DNA from: Octopus bimaculoides
Lineage: Eukaryota
Direction of reading: 5' to 3'
NCBI RefSeq assembly: GCF_001194135.2
Contig: NC_068991.1
Span: forward strand, 15,073,173 to 15,137,172
Length of the DNA: 64,000 nt
Shown here in pieces: positions 26,378-38,860 of this stretch. A program made the position numbers and the translations under genes. The notes beneath the pieces are model-generated. The model did no database searches, was not told the DNA's origin, and was given only the letters and a program-made list of their open reading frames with translations. Position 1 is the first letter of the stretch. Every line of letters starts with the position of its first letter.

Positions 26378-26844
26378 CCTTCCATACTGAAGTTTGATAG
26401 CACTAATTTCATGGGATGCATGTTTGCTTATTGAGCCAATATTAATATAATTAAACAGCTTCTATGTGCAGGCATGGCAGCAGTTAAGAAGGTTGGTCGT
26501 GAGTTCAGTCTCACTGCATGGACCTCGAATAAATGTCTTCTATAGCTGCAAGCCAACCAAAGCCATCAGTGGATTTGGCAGCATGTGTGCATGCATGGGT
26601 TTGTATATATATCCTTGCCTTGACATCATGTGATTGTTGTAAACAAGCACCACCATCATACAAGCTATGTTATGGTTCCCAGTCTTCTGTGGGAACCATG
26701 TTTGATGATGGGAAACAGGTGGGGACTGACAACAGGAAGAGCATCCAGCCACATAAAATTTACTTCAACAAATCCCGTCGGACCCATGCAAACATGGAAA
26801 AGTGGACATCAAATGATGATGATGAACGATGGGCCTCACCGAGG

Positions 26845-27527
26845 CGATGACTTCTGACTGAGACCTTTGGAAATATGCTGTGCGTGAGAAGACCCAGCAA
26901 GCCAAGTGAGACCCAAATCCAAGGACTCTGCCAGAGGTGTAGCCAGCCCACTTATGCGTACCTTTCCTTCATTGGACACTAAACTCTGCTTGCAAGGACC
27001 TGTTGAGGCAAGTGAAATCAAAATCGAACTAAATTCGACGACAGGCACCCATTCCAATGTCGTCTCCTTCATTGGACACTAAACTCGGCTTGCAAAGACC
27101 TGTTGGAGCAAGCGAAAGTGAAATCATGATGGCACCTGTGCCCAGCATTGCCTTCCTGGCACTTGTGCCAGTGGCACGTGTAAAGACATTCGAGCGAGAT
27201 CGTTGCCAGTGCCGCNNNNNNNNNNNNNNNNNNNNNNNNNNNNNNNNNNNNNNNNNNNNNNNNNNNNNNNNNNNGCGGGTGGCACGTAAAATACACCATT
27301 TTGAGCATGGCCGTTGCCAGTACCGCCTGACTGGCCCACGTGCCGGTGGCACGTAAAAGCACCCACTACACTCTCGGAGTGGTTGGCGTTAGGAAGGGCA
27401 TCCAGCTGTAGAAACTCTGCCAAATCAGATTGGAGCCTGGTGCAGCAATCTGGTTCACCAGTCCTCAGTCAAATCATCCAACCCATGCTAGCATGGAAAG
27501 CGGACGTTAAACGATGATGATGATGAT
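26845..27527 (+). mobile_element. Longer family-3 retroposon copy with an internal duplication
   Basis: Same (GAT)n-tailed 3' end as 22236. The 5' part has two copies of CCTTCATTGGACACTAAACTC.GCTTGCAA.GACCTGTT (~26965 and ~27066). There is a short gap inside. Confidence 0.7.
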
Positions 27528-30204
27528 CTAGCTTAAAAGCCACACTGTGTGAACTTTTTAGCTGGCTCCTGTGGCCCAAAACTGAAAAGAGCTAAATAGC
27601 ATGACTACATGTACAATCACTATATGACCCAGTGGTGTTTGATCAGAGGTTAAGGACGGATGAGAATTAATTCTGTAACACAATCAATTTCTATTGTTCC
27701 AGTCCCAAGTTGAATTCTAACTGTTGGCCAATTTGTCCCAAATTTCTTACCTCGACATAAAATTAACGAAGTGAATGTCATGGTTAGAACTCTTTTGTAT
27801 TATCACCTTATATTTCTGCTTTCTATCCTGGCATGGGTAGGAAGGGTTGTCAAGGTCCATGTTATTTACGAGGAGCTACTGCTCTCAGAGACCAGTACTC
27901 GTTAGTAATTTGGTTTGGTTTTGATGGTCACTTGCCATTCTTATCACTAATCACTTTACAGAATGTACTACGAGCATTTTCTTATGGCACTAGAAATAGA
28001 AAGGTTTATAAGTTCTAGACAAAACACGACTAAAGGGACCTCTCAGCCCTCTACTTTCTCTGCTTATTTGCCAACCATTTTAGTGTGTACCAGATATGTA
28101 TGAAGTGGGGGGTGGGGGCAACAGCACAAGGAAACAAAAACCTGTCCAACCACTGAGCTATTTTGTTCAAATGCCTGGGTTGGAAACCAGAAGAACATCC
28201 AGCCATCGAAAATTTACCTCAAAAAAGTTTTGTCTCACCTAACATTAAATCAATGCTGATGAGAAGTTTAATGTATTATCACTTTCATATAAAAAAAAAA
28301 ATAACACTGTTAAAGTGATTCAAAATCCTTTCTTACAAATCAGTTAACATTTGGTTCACATGTTTAAAAAGTGCACCAGTGTATGAATAAATACAGTAAA
28401 CTAGCCTTGGTTCTTTTGCTTGTTGTGGTGACTGCAACCATAATAACAACAGCATAATGGTTAGTATATAGTTTATGATAATGATTGTGAACTTGAACCA
28501 AACGTTGCTCTTTTACAAGCAGTGCATGAAGCAGATTGTTGGTAACCAGTAAGCTACCTTAGCTTTGCTTCTCTCAACATACTACATAAAATCCTAAGTC
28601 TGCAGTCAGGTGGACACTAGATCACAAGCAACAGGTGAACCAATACTAGGCCAGATAGAAATAGCAGCTAAATTTATCTCAGATCACACCTATCACCTAA
28701 AATATAACAATCTGCTTAAAAATAACAAACAAATGTTCCTCAAATCACCTCAGAGAAAGGATTGGGAAGAACGGATTACTGTGGGTCTGAATACTCAGAA
28801 ATAGATGAGATGGTCATGGTTAGAATACCTTTTTATGATATAGGTTTGCTCAACGATGACAACAATAACGCTAACCCTAACTCTAACCTGGAGCTAAACA
28901 ATAATGTCAAAAATAGGGGGTGTTTTATTTAACCACCCTACCAAGGTCAAGTAACATGAATTGCTTGAAACCTAACACCACAGAGGACTAAGTACAGACT
29001 AACAAATTCTTTGTAAGAATTCTGTGAATTTCACGGCAGGAAATTACCATCACATGCTGTTTAATGACTCATTCCTGTTTACTCCAACAAGATTCTTCAG
29101 CACATTTCAAGAAATAAAGTTCCAGTAACTACTGATACATTTCCAACCTAAAAGTTCTTGAATGAATTTTGGCACTTGGCATTCAAGACCATTTCATATG
29201 TTTGTAGGTCATAGCAGTATATACAACTGATACTCAAACCAGGTGAGCTATAGAGCTAAAAAGATTAATAACGATTACATCTATCAACCACACCTCCATC
29301 ATCATCATTTAAGGTTCGTTTTCCATGTTGGCATGGGTTGGAAGATTTGGCAGGAGCTGGCATTACTGTGTGGGAAGCACAGATGTGGATGTGTGGTTTA
29401 GAAGCTTGCTTCCCAACCATGTGGTCTTGGGTTTTGGTCTCATTGCAGAGCACTTTAACCAAGCGATTTTACCAGGGCTGTGGAGTCAAAACAAAAACAC
29501 TTTGACTCCTCTACTATTGGCACCTCTGACTCCAACTCCTCTTTAAGTAGTTGATTGTGGTACATGTCTCATAAGGCATATGCATAAGCTTGTACTTTTG
29601 AATAGGCCTATATGTTATAATTGGGTTTATATTAAAGAATAAAGATATTGTGATTCGGAATCGGTATAGTTTTACTGACTCCGACTCCAGCTACTCCTTA
29701 ATTGCTTCCAAATCCGACTCCACATCCCTGCTTTTTTTACAATACCTGCAGATTGACCAGATTGGCCTTGTAGATAGATTTAGTAGACAGAAACTGAAAA
29801 AAGACTGTTATGAGAGAGAGAGAGATGGGGGGGGGGGGGTACCCTTGCCTCAAAATTATGTGATGTTTGTAAACAAACATCATTATCATACAAATGATGT
29901 TCGTTTCCAGTCTTCCATCGGAAATATGACTGGAAACATGTGAGTGTTGGTAATAGTAAAGGCATCTGGTTGAAGAAAATGTTCCTCAATAAATTTCATA
30001 TGACCCATGCAAACATGGAAAAAAGACTTCAAAAACAATGATAATGGTGATGATATTTATGTTTGTGTGTGGATATTTATATTACCTTTGCATGGAAAAC
30101 TGCCAACGTATCACCTATAGCTAACTCTTCATCTTTAAAGACAAGTGTAATATTAAAAAAAAAAAGCCACTACTTGAAAAATAGGTATGGGTTAATAACA
30201 AGAG

Positions 30205-30590
30205 TGTGGAGGTACAATGGCCCAGTGGTTAGGGCAGCGGACTCACGGTCGTAGGATCGCGGTTTCGATTCCCAAGACCGGGCGTTGTGAGTGTTTATTG
30301 AGCGAAAACACCTAAAAGCTCCACGAGGCTCCGGCAGGGAATGGTGGCGAACCCTGCTGTACTCTTTCACCACAACTTTCTCTCATTCTTTCTTCCTGTT
30401 GTGCCTGTAATTCAAAGGGTCAGCGTCAGCCTTGTCACACTGTGTCACGCTGAATATCCCCCGAAAACTACGTTAAGGGTACACGTGTCTGTGGAGTGCT
30501 CAACCACTTGCACGTTAATTTCACAAGCAGGCTGTTCCGTTGATTGGATCAATTGGAACCCTTGACGTCGTAAGCGACGGAGTGCCAAAC
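30205..30590 (+). mobile_element. Young tRNA-derived SINE (family 2) with 11-bp TSD
   Basis: Same sequence as the 25-kb copy in the opposite orientation. TSD AATAACAAGAG at 30194-30204 and 30591-30601. Confidence 0.9.
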
Positions 30591-31002
30591 AATAACAAGA
30601 GGAGGACAATGCCTAAATAAGTATTTCTCCAAACCATGCTGGCATGGAAAAATGGACATAGAAGAAACAAAACAAATTATGCGCTTTAAATGTCAACCAT
30701 GACTGTTCCATGATGTAAACATTTCAGGTGCCATTTCTGATCTTGGACCAAGTCATTTCCTTCTTTTCTTATCAACTAAGGGCCCAGCATCAACAAAGGG
30801 TAAAATCAGGCAGAGGCAAGTCAATTTACCTGCCCGGATCCAGCAGTGACTGTAGAACAACCAGCCATAGAAACCATATGCCACGACAGACAACTGGAGT
30901 CTGGACAGCTCCCCGACTCGCCAGTTCCTGTCAAGCTACCAAACCCATGCCAGCATGGAAAACGGATGTATGATGATGATGATGATGATGATGATGGTGG
31001 TG

Positions 31003-31037
<35 letters not shown>

Positions 31038-32528
31038 GGTAGTAAGATGGTACAATTGTTAGAACGGTGGACGAAATGTTTAGCAGTATTTTGCCCATCG
31101 CTATGTTCTGAGTTCCAATTCCGCTGTGGTCGACTTCACTTTCATCCTTCTGGGGTTCGATAAAATAAGTACCAGTAAAACACTGAGGTTCATGAAATTG
31201 ACTTATCCCCTCCCCAAAAATTGCTGCCCTTGTGGCAAAATTTGAAACCGTCATCATCATTATCATCACCATAATAATAATAATAATAATAATAATAAGC
31301 AGTGAATACAGTAGATTGGCGGAAATCATAATAGTGCCAGACAAGATACACTGCAGTATTTGTTCTGATATTTGAACATAAACTTTGCTGCATTTGAACT
31401 CAGAAGATAAAGAATTGTCCATAGATACCACGAAGCACTTTGTTCGATGGTCTAATGATTCTGCAAATCCAGTAATGATTTCCAATAGTGAGAGAGCCAG
31501 CAGTACAGCAAAACTTCCAGTGGCCTGAGCATGTCCAAGAAATGGTAACATAAAAGAATCTAATGGAGACAAATAATACTTTACTCACAACTATCTGGTG
31601 GTACAAGAAATCGGAGTTAGGCCCTGAATGAGATACAGGGATTAAACACAACTTGAGATTAAATACAGATATCCAGAGATGGATCACTGCAGTTCAAGAC
31701 AAAAACCTATGGAGGAGAGTGATCTACTTTGATGCTGATGGCAATATTTAGAGTTATCACTCATATAATTTTAGAAAATTAGATAGAATAATGTCATGGC
31801 ATCTGTTCCAGTCTCTGTGCTCGAGTTCAAATCCACTTTGCCTTTTGTTCTTGAGAGTTGATTAAAAGAAAAAAAACATACTTAGGAAGGGCATTGGCAT
31901 TGGCATTAGAAACTCTGTCAAATCAGAATGGAGCCTGGTGTAGCCATCTGGTTTCACCAGACCTCAGTCAAATCGTCCAGCCCATGCTAGCATGGAAAGC
32001 GGACGTTAAACGATGATGATGATGATCAAGGATGTGGATTGGTTGAAACGCTGTAAGATCTGGCCTGATGTCACACAACATGTGCCCAGTTCTGTGCCTT
32101 CTGGTAGCAACATCAGCGACAACACTATTGGCCCTAAAGCACCAGCTTTTCCAACGGACAACATCAGTAGTGTGGAAAGAGACTTGCATGACTGTAACTT
32201 CTGGTCATTCTCAAAATGTCTTGCCTAATCTACACGTATGCAGATGCATGGTCCACTTTGACCAACAGAAGCCCCTAACTGGCTGAGAATTTCAAAATCA
32301 TAGTAAGTTACCAGTTTCTCTGATCCTTAGATAGTAACATACGTGATTTTTGTCAATTTATTCGTTCAAGCCCACAATGAAAATGCTTCGTTCAACAGCA
32401 GATTCTCATTAAGACACAACTTGAGCAAGATTGTAAAATATCCAGAGTTGTCTCCCATACTTCCAAAATTCATCTTACTTCAGCTTTTTTGTTACATGCT
32501 TTTTATATCTTTATCACTCAATTACATT

Positions 32529-32559
<31 letters not shown>

Positions 32560-33466
32560 ACAGGTGGTATTTCAAACTCATCTAACTTATGAATAATTCT
32601 ACCTAAATATACATTTCTGTAGCAATTCTATTTCTAACATCATGACCAAGTTATTTTGGGAAAATTTACAGCTTTGACAAGTATCTCACTATCATGGTTT
32701 CTCTATATTGTATATTACTAGCAATGGTCTTGATTTCAGCTCACAATGACACTTTGCCCAAATGACTTCTACTGTAACCTCAAGGTCGACCCAAATCATG
32801 GGAATGAAACTGGGTAAAAAGACACTATCGGAAAACCTAGCAAATGAAACTATAACAAACGAATTGTAATTTCTCAATCCTTACTTTCTTTAGTCTAGCA
32901 GGCTCACAGAATTATCCCATTTTGATACCAACCAGCTTCGGTTCTAACAACACGAACTTCCTGCTTTAAAACGATCTTAAAACCTATCAAAATTTCATGT
33001 CACCCCAAACATCTACTAAATAATGACAAGGTTATTTCACTAAATTCTTCATTTTCAAAATTACTTGAAACAAGAGCTGTGTATTCCAGCAGAAATATGA
33101 GAAGCAAAGTCTTAAAATGATCAACATTAAAACTGTACATCAAAATTTCATGTTATGTTCTAAACACCAGCTTAATAATGACAAAGTTATTTTTTACAAA
33201 ATTTTTCATTATTTTCAAAATTAATTGAAACGAGGGCTGGGGAACAAAACGACTAACCTAGCCAAGAGTTCAGTGATTCAGAAGTTTACTCATCAACGCT
33301 GTTCTGTGTCAATGATTAAGACGGGGGAACATCTGCTCCCCAACCACCTGATTCCGGCAGCCCAAACAGGCACCATGAAGCTGAAACAGCTAACTTGTCA
33401 CTCAAAGCAGCAACAGGAAACATCATCATTTGGCTGCAGTAGCAGACATTTCCAATCCTCTTTCAT

Positions 33467-33854
33467 GTTGTTGTTGGCACTTCATCGCTTACGACGTCGA
33501 GGGTTCCAGTTGATCCGATCAACGGAACAGCCTGCTCGTGAAATTAACGTGCAAGTGGCTGAGCACTCCACAGACAAGTGTACCCTTAACGTAGTTCTCG
33601 GGGATATTCAGCGTGACACAGTGTGACAAGGCTGACCCTTTGAATTACAGGCACAACAGAAACAGGAAGTAAGAGTGAGAGAAAGTTGTGGTGAAAGAGT
33701 ACAGCGGGGTTCGCCACCATCCCCTGCCGGAGCCTCGTGGAGTTTTTAGGTGTTTTCGCTCAATAAACACTCACAGCGCCCTGTCTGGGAATCGAAACCG
33801 CGATCCTATGACCGCGAGGCCGCTGCCCTAACCACTGGGCTATTGCGCCTCCAC
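33467..33854 (-). mobile_element. Young tRNA-derived SINE (family 2) with 10-bp TSD
   Basis: Same family. TSD CCTCTTTCAT (33457-33466) versus CCTTTTTCAT (33855-33864), one mismatch. Confidence 0.9.
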
Positions 33855-35699
33855 CCTTTTTCATACTCTTTGCAGATTTCATCATCAACTGTGGTCCCAT
33901 AGACAATTAGCACTCATCATCATGAAAAAAATGGAAACCGAGCAGAATTTTTGAGCTCAGAACATGGAGACAGAATAGATGCCAAAGGAAATCTCTCTGA
34001 AACTCTAACAATTCTACAAATTCTGAGCCCTAAACTGGTAATTTATCAACCACAAATAAAAAAATAAAGTTGGCTGCAGCGGAATTTGAATTCAGAGAGC
34101 AAGGGGCCCGGAATAACTGCCACAGAGCTTCCCATCAAATGCTCTGTTTCAGTTAATTCACCACCTTTAGCAAGCAGCAGCACTGAAGACTTAGCTTCTG
34201 GCACTTGTTAGATTCAACTTTTACTTTTCCTTGAGGTACAATCAACGAAGGAACTTTTTACATGGTCACTTGACATGACAGTAATTACAACTAAAATCTC
34301 CCACAAATCCCATCCTACTGTTTAAAATAAATGAAAGGAAACATTATATGAAGACTAAGGAAGGATTCGGTTCCAGATACACCATCTAATGCTTGCAGTT
34401 CATTCTAAGAAAAATTGATTATTTCTTGTTTAGGCACAAGGCCAGCAAATTTGAGGCATAGGGATGTTGATTACAGCAACTCCAGTGCTCTACTGGCACT
34501 TATTATATCAACCCTGAAAGAATGAAAGGCAAAGTCAACCTCAGTGGTATTTGAACTCAGAATGTGAAGAAGTGCTGCTAAGTATTTTGTGCAGTGAGTA
34601 AAGGATTCTGTCAGCTGGCCACTGCCTTCATCTATGAAAAGATGATGACAAACAGACATCAACTTGAAGCAATTCCAAGGTTGATTACGAATCAAAGTGT
34701 TTCTCTTGGGGAGATGGCATGGCATGGCACTACACAAGTTAGTAAAAACTGACAACAGATGGTTCAATAGGTAGAGCAAATAAAAGAATAAGGAGTACTG
34801 GGATCAGATTTAAACTACAGACTATGTAGCTATTCAAGCCAGTTATTATTTTAGCATTTAGTAGCTTCACATTGTAAAACACACCTTATATGTTTCCAGA
34901 ACAACAATTATGAGAGCCATCTTGTGGTCACTCGACTCAGTAGCAACCAAACCAATGACGGAGCCTCTATGTGGTCATTGACCCACTAGAAACAGTGGCT
35001 AAATCTACTTCAAACTACATTCTGCTACCTTTAATAAAAAAAAATTTTTTTTTTTATAAACAAGAACACATTGGATAAAGTAGTCACCGAAATACAAAGC
35101 CTGAAGAAAGATGGGATAACCATGAATAGGATGCTTTCATCATAGGTCTTCTCGTTAAGGCTGATCTTTGGAAATAAAATAGTTCAGCAGAAAGCCTCTG
35201 AGATGAAGTCAATGGGGTCATATCTCACTGAATTGCTATTTTATGAACTGCATCAAGTTACATGATATTCCCAAAGCTAAGGCGCCAACCACAAGGAAAT
35301 TGCAACCTGCTTTGATTATTTGATCTTTTTATATGTTACAGTTGACCCCTGCCAACTGCATATCATATCAATTACATTTGGCAACAACTTTGATATTGAA
35401 CTTGAACTAATCAAGGTGACAATATTAAACCTTTAATGTTGACAATCTTGCACTTGTCTGGGTCACTTGATCCCATTCAAGTGCTACTCCTGAGCACACC
35501 AGCATAAACCATTGATATTTAATTAACACTGGCCAAGATGAGGGGGCTCATTCATATGCTACAGCTAGCACATTAATATAAACTATAAACATTAAAGACT
35601 GACCGAGAGAGGTGACGGCAACAATCCTGCACTCATTAGAGCCACTTGATCTCGTTCATGTACTACAGCTGACCACACCAGTGTAACCCAACGGGTTAT

Positions 35700-35906
35700 C
35701 AGTCTGATTACTGTCAAATGTAATGGTTATTTATTTACGTTGTTTGGGATTATCATTATCTCAAAGCTTTAGAATTCTGATGATGTAACTACATTTTTAG
35801 AATGCCACTGTAGGATAGGCATGAGCGGCTAGATCTAGCTGATTTAAACATAGAACAAATAGAATATTAGGGCTGGACACAGCCAGTTTAAATGCTAAAG
35901 AGTTAA
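35700..35906 (-). mobile_element. Dispersed non-autonomous DNA-element-like repeat (TTAACYCTTTAGCATTTAAAC end)
   Basis: The same repeat occurs at ~1246-1467(+), ~15290-15560(-, two partial copies) and ~21070-21215(+). Superfamily not determined. Confidence 0.55.
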
Positions 35907-36048
35907 GCTATAAAGATTTAACACTAACCAATTTGAGGTGACAATAGCAATCCTGAAGCTGTTTGGACAACTCGACCACATTTATGTGCTACAACTGACC
36001 ACACCTAGCATGTGTATAGCCATCTTCATGAACAACTAACTCTTAAAC

Positions 36049-36738
36049 AAGTTGTTCTCAACCAGGGTTCACATGGTTCTTCAGGGGTTCAATTAAGACC
36101 TTTGTTGTTAAAATTTATGAGCAATAAATTGATCATAATTCTACAATACAGAAAATATTTTTAACAGTTTTATTATAATTCTTAATATTCAATTATAAAT
36201 ATATATATAATAAGATTTTATGGTTATGAAGGTCTATCAGAATGAAACAGGAATCAAGGAGGTCCGTAAAAAAAAATTGAGGACCTGTCTTAAACCAGGG
36301 CTGGCCAACCTGAGGCCCGCGGGCCACATGCAGCCCGCAGATTTTTATCTTGCGGCCTACTTGATACTTTCTTGAAATGGATTTTGTTACACAAATATTT
36401 TAAAAACTTCATCAAAAATTAAAGATTTGACTGAGGACTGGTGAAACCAGATGGCTACACCAGGCTCCAATCTGATTTGGCAGAGTTTCTACAGCTGGAT
36501 GCCCTTCCTAACGTCAACCACTCCGAGAGTGTAGTAATGTAATGAAAAGTAAAAAAGAAAGATACTACTGTTTTTGTAGCAATAATATTTCCTGTTGAAT
36601 CAACAATCATTCATTCATTATTGTAATAATAGCATGAGAAAACAAAATGCTTTCAATTCTGTCAGTATACAAGTGGCCCTCAAAAAACTCACTGTGATTC
36701 AAGTGGCTCACAATGTCAATTCGAGTTGGACAGGCCTG
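36049..36738 (+). mobile_element. Two tandem hAT-type MITEs sharing the 8-bp target TCTTAAAC
   Basis: TCTTAAAC at 36041-36048, 36288-36295 and 36739-36746. Element 2 runs CAGGGCTGGCCAACC...GTTGGACAGGCCTG (36296-36738). Element 1 starts AAGTTGTTCTCAACC (CAGTGGTTCTCAACC-like). Confidence 0.75.
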
Positions 36739-36904
36739 TCTTAAACAGAACTCTGATCAATGTGACAACATTAAACCTATGCAGATGGCACCTGCAGAAG
36801 ATGATTGAAGCGGTCACTGCCAACAATTTGCATGACCAATTCCACAGATGGAGATGGTAATGGACTGGTAGAACCATTATAGCATTGAACTGAAATCTTT
36901 TATT

Positions 36905-37230
36905 TTTTATTTTTTACTCATTTGTCACTTGATTGCAACCGTGCTGGAGCACTGTTTTAAAAGGTTTTTAGTTGGACAAATCAATCCTAGAACTTATTTT
37001 TTTTAAGCTTGATTCTTTTTCCCCTTTTGCCAAACCATAAAGTTACAAGAATGTAAACAAACTAGCACCAGTGGTTAAATGAGGGGAGGGGGGACAGGCA
37101 TAAACACACACACACACACACACACAATATATATGGCGAGCTGCTTTCGGTTTCCATCTACCAAATCCATTTACAAGGCTTTGGCTGGTTTAGGGCTATA
37201 GTAGAAAACATTTGTGCAATATACACACAC
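36905..37230 (-). mobile_element. tRNA-derived SINE family 1 (diverged)
   Basis: Reverse complement of the family body with an internal (CA)n. Confidence 0.7.
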
Positions 37231-38479
37231 ACACATACATATACATACATACATACACATATATAAAATATACTTTAATTGAAATAAAGCTTCCCCAAAA
37301 TTAAACATATTTAATATAATAAATGTGAATGTTAGTGAATCACACTTTTCCAACTTTAATAAACCCTTTCCACTGGAAGCACAAGGCTTCGAATTTTGGG
37401 GTAAGGGATTAAGTCGATTACATCAACCCAGTATGTAACTGGTACTAATTTCTTCGACCCCCGAAAGGATGAAAGGCAAAGTCAGCCTCAGTGGATTTCA
37501 AACTCAAAACCTAACAGCAGATGAAATACCACTTAGCATTTCACCCAGCATGCTAATGATTCTGCCAGCTCACTGCCTTACTATAAAATAATATATAATA
37601 AATGTGAATGTCAGTGTGTCACACTTTTTCAATTTTACTCCTAGAGGCCATAGCCCAACATATCAAACCATTTTGGAATCAGGCTGACTCCGTCAGTAAA
37701 TTAAAAGCATTCCGGGTTGAATCTAGACCCACAATCCTGAAATTTTGGATTCCCAAGTTTTCATTACTGTGACTGCTTTGGGCAATTTTTTTACATGACT
37801 TTTTGCAACAAATTTTTTTGTACGATAATAATTTTTGTAATCTAAAAACCAACTCTGTGAATAAATTAAAACATTCCAGGCCAAATGTGGACCTGCAACC
37901 TTGAAATTTTGGATTCATATGTCTTCATTACTGCTATTGTTTTTGGCGATTTTTTTTACATGAATTTTTGCAACAAATATAATCATCATTGGTATCCAAC
38001 TCTGGAGGAAACAACTGCAACAAATTCTCCAAAACAAGTCAGAGATCTGTTTGCAGATCTTCCCATTCAGGGTCAGTTGCTTGAAAGCTATATACTAGCT
38101 TAAAAGCCAGCCCTATAAGAGAACTGGACTGTACCTTCAAAGTATTCAAATTATTTATTTTAAAACACCCAAGCAAATTATTCTGTGAGATAACCAAAAA
38201 TAGGTCCTAAGTAGGTAATATGTCTGATGAAGAGAACAAGGAGGACGGGATAGGATCTGTGGAAAAGTGATGACATTTCAATGCAGCTAAATAATGGGGG
38301 TGGAGAATGAAGAGTATTAGGGGCCAAGCTTATAGGATACCATTAAGTTAATATCCTATTACGAGCACTACATTATGTTGGTGGCCACGAGACTTACCAC
38401 CCATCAGTCGATATAGGCATACAATAGGCAAATAGGCACCTTGTGTCTGTGAGATATAATCTTTTGTTTATATTTAATC

Positions 38480-38860
38480 TTTCACTTGTCTCAGACATTC
38501 GACTGCATCCATGCTGGAGCACCACCTAGAAGCATTTTAGTCCAACAGATCAACCCTAGTACTATTTTCTTTGTAAAGCCTGGTACTTACTCTATTGGTT
38601 TCTTTTGCTGAACCGCTAAGTTATTGGGACATAAACATAACAACACCAGTTGTCAAGCGGTTGTGGTGGTGGACACACACACACACACATTATATGACAG
38701 GCTTCTTTCAGTTTCTATCTACCAAATCCACTAACAAGGCTTTGGTCAGCCCAAGGCCAGAGTAGAAGACACTTGCTCAAGGTGCCATGCAGTGTGACTC
38801 AAACCAGAACCATGTGGTTGGGAAGCAAACTTTTAACCACACGGGCCATGCCTGCACCTG
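38480..38860 (-). mobile_element. tRNA-derived SINE family 1
   Basis: Reverse complement of the full family body. Confidence 0.82.

Noticed and set aside
30205-30280. tRNA-like sequences here and at 25410-25487, 33780-33854 and 51880-52010
   Set aside because: They are SINE heads: they continue into SINE bodies with TSDs and form no complete cloverleaf.
30931-31572. 213-aa minus-strand ORF with polyI/N/H
   Set aside because: Built from (ATT)n/(GAT)n microsatellites and SINE sequence.
38223-38270. CTGATGA motifs as a possible hammerhead ribozyme (also near 6623, 28256, 35777 and 39542)
   Set aside because: I could not find flanking stems or a correctly placed GAAA core by eye.
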